From: Heterodontus francisci
Lineage: Eukaryota
Length of the DNA stretch: 64,000 nucleotides
Direction of reading: 5' to 3'
NCBI RefSeq assembly: GCF_036365525.1
Contig: NC_090399.1
Span: 54,530,430-54,594,429 of the forward strand
Shown: positions 48,101 through 59,010 of the stretch, one piece after another
Layout: each line of letters begins with the position of its first letter
How positions within the stretch are numbered: the stretch's first letter is position 1
Program-made: the position numbers and the translations under genes
Notes under the pieces: model-generated
The model's database searches: none
What the model was told of the DNA's origin: nothing
The model's input: the letters and a program-made list of their open reading frames with translations, nothing else

Positions 48101-49864
48101 GAAACACAGCATCCAGGTATCTCTCCCTCTCCCCCTCAGACTCCAGCTCATCAACTCTGAGCCGGAGTTCCTCGAGCAGCCAACACTTGCTACAGATGTG
48201 GTCACCAGGAACCACAATGGGGTCCACCAGCTCCCACATCATGCAGGAACAACACATCGCCTGGCCCTGCATCTCTATTTTATATAATTAGATTTTAATG
48301 TTTTTTTTAAATTTCCCACTGGGCTTTAGTTCTTTAATCCACTTTAGTTTTTATACTAATAAATTGATATTAGATTTCAATTTAAATTAAAAGCTTACCT
48401 GAATACTCACCCCTAGCTGCTCTCTGTTTCCCTGCCCTCACTGTTGAATGCGACGTCACTCTGATGCCACTTTTCCATTTTTTCTCAGCTCCGCTCCCAC
48501 TCCTCGGGCTGTGCTCTCTGTCTCTCTGACTGTAGTTTGGTGTGCTTTTTGAACCCTCCGCTCCTCCCTCTGTCCCTCCGATTGTGGTTTGGTGCGCTTT
48601 TTGAACCCTCTGCTCCTCGGGCTGTTCTCCTCTCTCTAAAGGTGGCAGGACAAGTTGAGAGAGCAGTTCATAAAGCATACAGTATCCTGGGCTTTATTTA
48701 TAGGGACAGAGAGTACAAGAGCAAGGAAGTTATGTTGAATTTGTATAAGACACAAGTTCAGCCTCAGCTGGAATATTGCATCCAATTCTGGGCATTATAC
48801 TTGAGGAAAGACGTGAGGGCATTGGAGAGAGCACAGAAGAGATACACAAGAATGGTTCCAGAGATGAGGAATTTCAGCTATGAAGATAGATTGGAGAAGT
48901 TAGGACTGTTTTCCTCGAAGAGAAGGCTGAGAGGTGATTTGATAGAGGTATTCAAAATCATGAGGGGTCTGGCCAAAGTAGATACAGACACACTGTTCTC
49001 ACTCGTAAAAGGAAGAAGAACGAGAGGGCACAGATTTAAAGTATTTGGTAAGAGAAGCAAAAGTGACATGAGGAAAAAATTTTTCACGTAGCGAGTGGTT
49101 AAGGTCTGGAATTCGCTGCCTGAGAATGTGGTGGAGGCAGGTTCAATTGAAGCATTCAAAAGGGAACTAGACAGTTATATAAAAAGGAAGAATGTTCAGG
49201 GTTATGGAGAGAAGGCAGGGGAATGGAACTGAGGGAATTTCTCTTCCAGGGAGCCAGTGCGGACACGATGGGCCGAATGGCCTCCTTCTGCACTAGGAAA
49301 TGGTCCTGGTGGGACAGATACTTGGACATGTTTAAGGGTCTGTAAGCCCTGGTTCTTTCAACATGCACTCAAACTCACTAGAGTCAGGTCAATAGGGTCT
49401 GTCTGTCAGGGATACAGTTTGGAATCTATACCTGGATCCTGTGTTTGCTTCTTGACCCTGATTTACTGGAACCATTGATCTCAATTTCCCCTTTCCCATT
49501 CTGCTCTGACACTGCAGTGTCAGCTCTAAATGACTATGTTAGTGTCTTTAATTGTTACAGTTCCTAGAAGGATGTTAGGTGTTTAAATTCTTGCCTTACG
49601 CTCTCTCTCAACATGTTCCTTTTCTTTATATCCAAAGTATTGCATTATATTTAATATTGATTCAAAGGAGTCATGGGGCAAGCAAGCCCTTGTTCTGCTT
49701 TTCCTCGAGATTCAGGAGGTTGAACAGTTTTGTGAAAGAGATTTTCATCACCCTGTGACAGTTAATCCTGATGTTTTATTGCAGACATTTTGCAGTAGAG
49801 GGAGAAAGTATCGGGTGTGACCACACCCACTGCACTGAATGTAGACTCTCCATTTTATAGCTAA

Positions 49865-50100
49865 ACAATATACTTTATTTATACAAATTGTAACAGTTCA
49901 AATATAACATTGCATAAAATGCAGAACTGTTCAATTTCTTTCAGTACAGTACATGACACTCTGAGGTGCCTCCATGCATCTTTTCAAAACCTCTCCGGCC
50001 ACCAGCTTTTACCGCGGTTACAGCCCCTCCATATACTGTGGCAGTTACGTCTAGACTGGTCATTTCCCATTGAGCCTTTCAGACAGCTGTCCCATGCAGC
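49865..50100 (-). mobile_element. Probable Tx1/L1-like LINE 3' fragment
   Basis: Minus strand reads ..KAQW.MT.. like Tx1 ORF2 ends, followed by AATAAA (49874-49879). Degenerate. Confidence 0.45.
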
Positions 50101-50179
50101 ATTCACCATCAGTAGTTTTATTTGATCAATCTCTGCAGCCTATTATTACCTCCATAACATCAGCGACTGTCAATTATTC

Positions 50180-50312
50180 AAAAGAAAATACTGCAGATGC
50201 TAGAAATCTGAAAAAGAAAACAGAAAATGCTGGAAATACTCAGCAGCTCTGGCAGCATCTGTGGGAAGAGAAATAACAGTTCCTGTTTCAGTTCTGAGAC
50301 CTTTCATCAGAG
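50180..50312 (-). mobile_element. Penelope pLTR fragment with decayed hammerhead
   Basis: Reverse complement of the CAGATGCTGCCAGA..CTGAGTATTTCCAGCATTT terminus. CTGATGA..GAAAC present. Confidence 0.8.
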
Positions 50313-50534
50313 CAGGGTTATTCACTTCACCGCTGCAGCTCGTGTCTTTGACAGACTGTCATGAAATTCAGCATTCACTGAATGAGAAATCTATACAAAC
50401 GTCAAGTGAAAAAGGAGCGAGCCAATGATAAAACTCAGTACAGTCCTTCCCGATACCCTGAGCCCAGTTACTGCTGTTTATAAACTGGTTTGGTGCTAGT
50501 TCAGCTGCTTTTAAACTCGTGAGCTACTTCAACT

Positions 50535-50581
50535 TCAAGCCAAGAATGCCAAGTTCAAAGATGATTCTCCTCTTTCAGCAG
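50535..50581 (-). CDS. Terminal cytoplasmic-tail exon of MHC class I-like gene
   Basis: TCTTTTCTTTTCACAG| phase 1 gives xAERGESSLNLAFLA*. Resembles the ..ESSSNSSATA* end recalled for shark class I chains. Lies downstream of the - strand TM exon. Confidence 0.65.
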
Positions 50582-50679
50582 CTGTGAAAAGAAAAGATTT
50601 CGGTCAAACAGCCATTTTACGACAGGGTGAATGTTTTCTGTACAGACACAGAGGCAGAGCACATGCGAGACGGACAGAC

Positions 50680-53600
50680 AGAATTATTACAGCGCAGGAG
50701 GCCGTTCAGCTCATCGTGTCTGCATTGGCTTTCCGAATGAGCAATTCACTTAGTGCCATTCCCCCGCCTTCTCCCCATAACCCTGCACATTCTTCCTTTT
50801 CATAGAACAGTCTAATTCCCTTTGAATGCTTCAGTTGAACCTGCCTCCACCGCATTCTCAGGCAGCGCATTCCAGACCTTAACCACTCGCTGTGTGAAAA
50901 AGTTTTCCTCATGTCACTTTTGCTTCTTTAGCCAATTACTTTAAATCTGTGCCCTCTCGTTCTCGATCCTGTCACGAGCGGGAACAGTTTCTCTCTATCT
51001 ACTCTGTCCAGATCCATGATTTTGAATACCTCTATCAAATCACCTCTCAGCCTTCTCTTCTACAAGGAAAACAGTCCTAACTTCTCCACTCTATCATCAT
51101 AACTGATGTTCCTCATCCCTGGAACCATTCTTGTGAATCTTTTCTGTACTCTCTCCAATGCCTTCACATACTTCCTAAAGTGCAGCACCCAGAACTGGAT
51201 ACAATACTCCAGCTGAGTCCGAACTGGAGTCTTATACAAGTACAACACAACCTCCTTGCTCTTGTACTCTATGTCCCTATTAATAAAGCCCAGGATACTG
51301 TATGCTTCATTAACCGCTCTCTCAACCTGTCTTGCCACCTTCAATGACTGAGCACATGTACACACACAGGTCCCCCTGCTCCTGTACCCCCTTTAGAATT
51401 GTACCCTTTATTTTATATTGTCTCTTCATGTTCTTTCCATCAAAATGAATCACTTCACACTTCTCTGGATTAAACTTCATCTGCCACCTGTCCATCTATT
51501 CCACTAACTTGTCTATGTCCTTTTGAAGTTCTACACTATCCTCCTCCTCAGTTCACAATGCTTCTAAGTTTTGTATCATCTGCAAACTTTGAAATTGTGC
51601 CCTATACACCAAGGTCTAGGTCATTAGTATATATCAGAAAGAGCAAGGGTCCCAACACTGACCCCTGGGGAACTCCACTACAAATCTTCCTCCAGCCTGA
51701 AAAACATCCATTAACCACTATTCTTTGTTTCTTGACACTCAGCCAATTCTGTATCCATGTTGCTACCATCCCTTTTATTCCATGAGCTATAAATCTTTGC
51801 TCCCAAGTCTGTTGTGTGGCACTGTAGCAAATGCCTTTTCGAAGTCCATGTATACTACAGCAACTGCATTGCCCTCATTAAACCTCTCTGTTACATACGA
51901 CCATATGAATTAGGAGCAGAAGTAGACCATTTGGCCCCTCTAACCTGCTCCTCCATTCAATAAGATCATGACTGAACTGTTTGTGTGTCGAGTTTCACAC
52001 TCCCATCTGGCACCGATAAACTTTGATTCCCTTGCCCAACAAGAATCTATCTACCTCCGCCTTAAAAATATTCAATGACCCTGCCTCCACCTTCTGAGGC
52101 AGAGTTCCAAAGTCTCACAACCCTAGGAGAAAAAAGTTCTCTTCATCTCTAGCCTAAAAGGGCATCCCCTAATTTTAAAACAGTGCCCCCTAGTTCTGGA
52201 CTCACCCACAAGAGGAAACATCCTTTCCACATCCACCTTGTCAAGGCCGTTCAGGATCTTATAAACTTCAATCAAGTCTCCCCTCACTCTTCTAAACTCC
52301 AGTGAAAACAAGCCCAGTCTGTCCAATCTTCCCTCATAAGACAACCCACTCATTCCGGGTATCAATCTAGTAAACCTCCTCTGAATGGTCTCCAACACAT
52401 TTACATCCGTCCTTAAATAAGGAGACCAAAACTGCACACAGTATTCGAGATGTGGTCTCACCAATGCCCTGTATAAATGAAGCATAACATTTTCAATTCC
52501 TCTCATAATAAAGGATAGCATTCCATTAGCCTTCTTCATTACTTGCTGTACCTATATACTAACTTTTTGTGATTCATGCACTAGAACATCTAGATCCCTC
52601 TGCACCTCGGAATTCTGCAGTCGCTCTCTGTTTAAGTAATACCTCGTCAAAAAACTCTTGCAAGTTAGTTAAACATGATTTTTCATTAAGAAATCCATGC
52701 TGGCTTTCGTTAATTAACCCAAATTTGTCCACGTGAGTATTAATTTTGTCCCGAATTATTCTTTCTAGAAGTTTCCCCACCACTGAAGTTAAAGTGACTG
52801 CCCTGTAGTTGCTCGGCTTATCTTTATACCCTTTTCTGAACAAGGGTACAAACATTTGCAAATCTGCAGTCCTCTGGCACCACCCCTGACTCTGAGGAAG
52901 ACTGCAAAATTGTAGCCAGTGCCTCCACAATTTCCACTCTCACTTTCCTTGGATGCATCTCATCCGGCCATGGTGCTTTATCCACATTAAGTGCAGACAG
53001 CCAATCGAATACTTCCTCTTTATCAATTTTAAATCCATCTAGTGTCGGACTTACCTCCTCTTTCAACATTACCTGGGTTGAATCTTTTTCTTGGTAAAAA
53101 CAGATGCAAAGTATTCATTTAATACCTAAGCTACGCCCTCTGCCTCCATGTGTAAATCTGCTTTCTGGTCCCTAATCGGCTCCACTCCTCCTTTTATCAC
53201 ACTTTTAATATTTATATGCTGATAGAAAACTTTGGTATTTCCTTTAATGCTAGCTGCCAGTCTCTTTTCATGCTCTCTCTTAGTTTCTTCACTTCCCCTC
53301 TGGACCTTCTATATTCAGCCTGGTTCTCAATAGTACTTTCTACCTGGCATCAGTCATAAACACACTTTTTCTTCTTTATCTTAATCTCTACCTCTTTTGT
53401 CATCCAGGGAACTCTAGCTCTGTTCACCCTAACTTTCCCCTTTGAGGGAACATATCTTGACTGTGCCCGAGCAATCTCTTCTTTCAATGTAGCTCATTGC
53501 TCAGCTACTGTTTTTCCTGCCAACTTGTGACTCCAACTTATTCACCTTGCTCCATTCTTACCCCATTGAAGTTGGCCTTCCCCCAGTTAATTATTCTTAC

Positions 53601-53872
53601 CCTGGATTGCGCTTTATCCTTTTCCAAAGACAGCCTAAACCTTATGATATAATGTTCACTATCCCCGAAATGCTGTCCTGCAGATACTCGATCCACTTGG
53701 CACACCTCATTCCCAAGAACCAGGTCGAGCAATGCCTCCATTCTCGTAGGACTGCTGAAGAAGAATTTCCTAAACAGACTCTAGGAACTCTTGCCCCTCA
53801 CCACCCTTTACATTACGACAATCCAAGACTATGGTAGGATAATTAAAGTCCCCCATTATGATTACCATTATA
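50680..53872 (-). mobile_element. CR1 LINE 'J' (same subfamily as F), 5'-truncated in APE
   Basis: IMGDFNYP at about 53840-53860, RT ORFs, tail at 50680-50720. Long near-identical stretches with F. Confidence 0.9.
51895..52639 (-). mobile_element. CR1 3' fragment 'K' nested in J
   Basis: Own tail at 51895. LYRALVRPHLEYCVQFWSP. Host CTCTGTTAC|CTCGTC rejoins with TAC shared. Confidence 0.87.
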
Positions 53873-53880
53873 ACTAAATA

Positions 53881-53885
53881 GAGAC

Positions 53886-53920
<35 letters not shown>

Positions 53921-53932
53921 CAGAGACACACA
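53881..53932 (+). repeat. (GA)n/(GACA) microsatellite
   Basis: Read directly. Confidence 0.9.
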
Positions 53933-53964
53933 CTTGTACTATTTCAACACTTAGGTTTTGTTGC

Positions 53965-56900
53965 CTCCCCTCATTCCCCATAATCAGTCCCTGTAATCAT
54001 CGCTCCCCTCATTCCCCATAATCAGTCCCTGCAATCGCCACCCCCAGTCCCCCCACTCCCTGCAATCGCCACCCCCAGTCCCCCCACTCCCTGCAATCGC
54101 CACCCCCAGTCCCCCCACTCCCTGCAATCGCCACCCCCAGTCCCCCCACTCCCTGCAATCGCCACCCCCAGTCCCCCCACTCCCTGCAATCGCCACCCCC
54201 AGTCCCCCCACTCCCTGCACTCAACCCCCCCAGTCCTCCCACTCCCGGTAATCGCCCACACCCCCCAGTCCCCCCACTCCCTGCAATCGCCACCCCCCCA
54301 GTCCCCCCACTCCCTGCAATCGCCACCCCCCCAGTCCCCCCACTCCCTGCAATCGCCACCCCCCCAGTCCCCCCACTCCCTGCAATCGCCACCCCCAGTC
54401 CCCCCACTCCCTGCAATCGCCACCCCCAGTCCCCCCACTCCCTGCAATCGCCACCCCCAGTCCCCCCACTCCCTGCAATCGCCACCCCCAGTCCCCCCAC
54501 TCCCTGCAATCGCCACCCCCAGTCCCCCCACTCCCTGCAATCGCCACCCCCAGTCCCCCCACTCCCTGCAATCGCCACGGCCAGTCCCCTCACTCCCTGC
54601 AATCGCACCCCCCCAGTCCCCCCACTCCCGGTAATCGCCCCCCCCCTCCACAGTCCCCCCACTCCCGGTAATCGCCACCCCCCCCAGTCCCCCCACTCCC
54701 GGTAATCGCCACCCGCCCCAGTCCCCCCACTCCCTGTAATCGACACACCCCACCCCCGCAGTCACCCCACTCCCTGTAATCGACACACCCCACACCCCCA
54801 GTCCCCCCACTCCCTGCACTCAACCCCGCCAGTCCCCACTCCCTGCGCTCATCCCCGCCAGTACCCCCACCCCCTGTAATCGCCGCCCCCAGCCCCCCCA
54901 CCTCCTGTAATCGCCGCCCCCAGTCCCCCCACCCCCTGTAATCGCCGCCCCCAGTCCCCCCCACTCCCTGCGCTCAACCCCGCCAGTCCCCCCACTCCCT
55001 GCGCTCAACACCGCCAGTCCCCCCACTCCCTGCGCTCAACCCCGCCAGTCCCCCCACTCCCTGCGCTCAACCCCGCCAGTCCCCCCACTCCCTGCGCTCA
55101 ACCCCGCCAGTCCCCCCACCCCCTGTAATCGCCGCCCCCAGTCCCCCCACCCCCTGTAATCGCCGCCCCCAGTCCCCCCACTCCCTGCGCTCAACCCCGC
55201 CAGTCCCCCCACTCCCTGCGCTCAACCCCGCCAGTCCCCCCACTACCTGCGCTCAACCCCGCCAGTCCCCCCACTACCTGCGCTCTACCCCGCCAGTCCC
55301 CCCACTCCCTGCGCTCAACCCCGCCAGTCCCCCCACTCCCTGCGCTCAACCCCGCCAGTCCCCCCACTCCCTGCGCTCAACCCCGCCAGTCCCCCCACTC
55401 CCTGCGCTCAACCCCGCCAGTCCCCCCACTCCCTGCGCTCAACCCCGCCAGTCCCCCCACTCCCTGCGCTCAACCCCGCCAGTCCCCCCACTCCCTGCGC
55501 TCAACCCCGCCAGTCCCCCCACTCCCTGCGCTCTACCCCGCCAGTCCCCCCACTCCCTGCGCTCTACCCCTCCAGTCCCCCCACTCCCTGCGCTCTACCC
55601 CGCCAGTCCCCCCACTCCCTGCGCTCTACCCCGCCAGTCCCCCCACTCCCTGCGCTCTACCCCGCCAGTCCCCCCACTCCCTGCGCTCTACCCCGCCAGT
55701 CCCCCCACTCCCTGCGCTCTACCCCGCCAGTCCCCCCACTCCCTGCGCTCTACCCCGCCAGTCCCCCCACTCCCTGCGCTCTACCCCGCCAGTCCCCCCA
55801 CTCCCTGCGCTCTACCCCGCCAGTCCCCCCACTCCCTGCGCTCTACCCCGCCAGTCCCCCCACTCCCTGCGCTCTACCCCGCCAGTCCCCCCACTCCCTG
55901 CGCTCTACCCCGCCAGTCCCCCCACTCCCTGCGCTCTACCCCGCCAGTCCCCCCACTCCCTGCGCTCTACCCCGCCAGTCCCCCCACTCCCTGCGCTCTA
56001 CCCCGCCAGTCCCCCCACTCCCTGCGCTCTACCCCGCCAGTCCCCCCACTCCCTGCGCTCTACCCCGCCAGTCCCCCCACTCCCTGCGCTCTACCCCGCC
56101 AGTCCCCCCACTCCCTGCGCTCTACCCCGCCAGTCCCCCCACTCCCTGCGCTCTACCCCGCCAGTCCCCCCACTCCCTGCGCTCTACCCCGCCAGTCCCC
56201 CCACTCCCTGCGCTCTACCCCGCCAGTCCCCCCACTCCCTGCGCTCTACCCCGCCAGTCCCCCCACTCCCTGCGCTCTACCCCGCCAGTCCCCCCACTCC
56301 CTGCGCTCTACCCCGCCAGTCCCCCCACTCCCTGCGCTCTACCCCGCCAGTCCCCCCACTCCCTGCGCTCTACCCCGCCAGTCCCCCCACTCCCTGCGCT
56401 CTACCCCGCCAGTCCCCCCACTCCCTGCGCTCTACCCCGCCAGTCCCCCCACTCCCTGCGCTCTACCCCGCCAGTCCCCCCACTCCCTGCGCTCTACCCC
56501 GCCAGTCCCCCCACTCCCTGCGCTCTACCCCGCCAGTCCCCCCACTCCCTGCGCTCTACCCCGCCAGTCCCCCCACTCCCTGCGCTCTACCCCGCCAGTC
56601 CCCCCACTCCCTGCGCTCTACCCCGCCAGTCCCCCCACTCCCTGCGCTCTACCCCGCCAGTCCCCCCACTCCCTGCGCTCTACCCCGCCAGTCCCCCCAC
56701 TCCCTGCGCTCTACCCCGCCAGTCCCCCCACTCCCTGCGCTCTACCCCGCCAGTCCCCTCACTCCCTGCGCTCTACCCCGCCAGTCCCCTCACTCCCTGC
56801 GCTCTACCCCGCCAGTCCCCTCACTCCCTGCGCTCTACCCCGCCAGTCCCCTCACTCCCTGCGCTCTACCCCGCCAGTCCCCTCACTCCCTGCGCTCTAC

Positions 56901-57862
56901 CCCGCCAGTCCCCTCACTCCCTGCGCTCTACCCCGCCAGTCCCCTCACTCCCTGCGCTCTACCCCGCCAGTCCCCTCACTCCCTGCGCTCTCCCCCGCCA
57001 GTCCCCTCACTCCCTGCGCTCTCCCCCGCCAGTCCCCTCACTCCCTGCGCTCTCCCCCGCCAGTCCCCTCACTCCCTGCGCTCTCCCCCGCCAGTCCCCT
57101 CACTCCCTGCGCTCTCCCCCGCCAGTCCCCTCACTCCCTGCGCTCTCCCCCGCCAGTCCCCTCACTCCCTGCGCTCTCCCCCGCCAGTCCCCTCACTCCC
57201 TGCGCTCTCCCCCGCCAGTCCCCTCACTCCCTGCGCTCTCCCCCGCCAGTCCCCTCACTCCCTGCGCTCTACCCCGCCAGTCCCCTCACTCCCTGCGCTC
57301 TACCCCGCCAGTCCCCCCACTCCCTGCGCTCTACCCCGCCAGTCCCCCCACTCCCTGCGCTCTACCCCGCCAGTCCCCTCACTCCCTGCGCTCTACCCCG
57401 CCAGTCCCCCCACTCCCTGCGCTCTACCCCGCCAGTCCCCTCACTCCCTGCGCTCTACCCCGCCAGTCCCCTCACTCCCTGCGCTCTACCCCGCCAGTCC
57501 CCTCACTCCCTGCGCTCTACCCCGCCAGTCCCCTCACTCCCTGCGCTCAACCATCCCCCACCCCCAATGTCCCCTCACTCTCTGCGCTGAACCCCGCCAG
57601 TCCCCTCACTCCCTGCGCTCAACCCCGCCAGTCCCCTCAATCCCTGCGCTCAACCCCGCCAGTCCCCTCACTCCCTGCGCTCAACCCCGCCAGTCCCCTC
57701 ACTCCCTGCGCTCAACCATCCCCCACCCCCTATGTCCCCTCACTCCCTGCGCTGAACCCCGCCAGTCCCCTCACTCCCTGCGCTCAACCCCGCCAGTCCC
57801 CTCACTCCCTGTACTCAACCACCCCCCACCCCCAATGTCCCCTCACTCCCTGTAATCACCCC
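53965..57862 (-). repeat. Minisatellite array 3, 31-bp unit (+ strand CCCCGCCAGTCCCCCCACTCCCTGCGCTCTA), G-rich on -
   Basis: Read directly. About 120 units arranged in variant-specific blocks. Confidence 0.98.
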
Positions 57863-58133
57863 CGCCTACAGACGGGCCCCCAGTCCTCTTGCCGCCAGCC
57901 CCCACCTCCCCTTACGGGCACCCGGTCCTCTTGCACCTCCCCTCTCCCCTCCCTAATGACGGGCACCGGTCCCCTCACCCCCCCTTACAGGCCCTCTGCC
58001 ACCTCTCCCTTTGCATCACTGGACTGTATGCAAATTCCCTCATGTGCAGGGGAAGTCTCTAATGTTACAACACATGCAGAACATTCAAAACTGCTCATAC
58101 TCGCGAGTGACAGACCCTGCCCTCATTTCTTAC

Positions 58134-58244
58134 CTCCTCTCTTCCACACAACAGAACAAACGACATGAATAACCAGAGCGATTGCAGCAAAAAGCCCAAC
58201 AATCAATCCGAGTTTTGATCTTGGAGTCGTTCGGACCATCTTGT
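58134..58244 (-). CDS. Connecting-peptide/transmembrane exon of a type I membrane protein, most likely MHC class I-like
   Basis: CTCTTCATTG(C)12ACAG| 111 nt, phase 1-1, (D)KMVRTTPRSKLGLIVGLFAAIALVIHVVCSVVWKRG |GTAAGA. Hydrophobic span followed by a WKR stop-transfer. Confidence 0.85.
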
Positions 58245-58403
58245 CTGTGGGGGGGGGGGGCAATGAAGAGATCATCAAAATATAACCACAGTTGCTGCTT
58301 ATTCAGAAGCATTTGTCCCAAAGCCGTGCTCAAGATTGAATGAGATTCGAGTCTGTGACGCAATGGGCAGTCTCAACAGAGCATGTCGTAGGTTAGAAAG
58401 GTT

Positions 58404-59010
58404 GCTTGCCATTTCAACACTCCCCCCTGCTCACATCTCTATCCTGGGCTTGCTGCAGTGTTCCAGTGAACATCAATGCAAGCTCGGGGAACAGCATCTC
58501 ATTTACCGATTAGGCACACTACAGCCTGCCGGACTGAACATTGAGTTCAGTAATTTCAAAGCATGACAGCCCCCCATTTTACTTTCATTTTTATTTATTT
58601 TTTATTTTTCCTTTTTAAAAATTTTTGTGTGTTTATTTTATTTCATCTTAATTTGTTCAGTTTGCTTACCCACTGTTTTTTTTTCATGTTTGTACTTGCG
58701 ACTGTTCAATTTTCTGTCCATTAACACCCTATCTGTACTAATGCTTTGTCTTTCAACACACCATTAACATATTGTTTGCCTTTGCTCCATGACCTTCTGG
58801 TCAGCTATTGTGTGACCTTGTCCGATTTATACCTTCTCCTTTGTCATCTCTTGCCCCATCCCTGCTTTACTTACTTTTAACCTTTTACATTTCTAATATT
58901 TGCCAGTTCTGAAGAAGGGTCACTGACCTGAAACGTTAACTCTGTTTCTCTCTCCACAGATGCTGCCAGACCTGCTGACTATTTCCAGCATTTCTTATTT
59001 TTATTTTATA
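58404..59010 (+). mobile_element. Penelope-like 3' fragment with 11-bp TSD
   Basis: GLLQCSSEHQCKLGEQHLIYRLGTLQPAGLNIEF. TSD TTAGAAAGGTT at 58393-58403 and 59011-59021. Confidence 0.9.
58905..58941 (+). ncRNA. Minimal type I hammerhead ribozyme motif in Penelope pLTR
   Basis: AGUU-CUGAAGA-A-GGGUC(ACU)GACCU-GAAAC-GUU-AACU: intact core, stem II, palindromic AACGUU stem III and AGUU/AACU stem I. Confidence 0.75.

Larger units (their letters stand above)
38555..48636 (-). mobile_element. CR1 LINE 'G', near full-length, nested in F (own sequence 38555-40908 and 46552-48636)
   Basis: Tail at 38555. RT/APE ORFs on -. ORF1 with Cys motif and VIGDSIVRG at 47787-48272. DPPGK|SDHS rejoins across the inner insertion. 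Confidence 0.9.
35525..49295 (+). mobile_element. CR1 LINE 'F', outermost host (own sequence 35525-38554 and 48637-49295)
   Basis: 5'UTR-like duplicated motif, ORF1 C-terminal remnant, APE (YVNAQSV..ITETWL, MGNFNYP), RT ([16 protein letters not shown]). HKLLK|VAG rejoins across the insertion with shared TAAAG. Tail near 49265-49295. Confidence 0.9.

Noticed and set aside
50579-50627. Possible + strand mini-exon after TCTCCTCTTTCAG
   Set aside because: Better explained as the reverse complement of the - strand terminal exon and its acceptor.
53984-55026. Gly-rich minus-strand ORFs in array 3
   Set aside because: Translation of a 31-bp unit cycling through frames; not a gene.
54000-57860. CRISPR-like regular 31-bp repeats
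   Set aside because: Head-to-tail units with no unique spacers, no cas genes, and a vertebrate context.
58028-58035. Octamer ATGCAAAT as an Ig-type promoter element
   Set aside because: A single 8-mer is expected by chance in 64 kb, and no TATA or leader exon is nearby.
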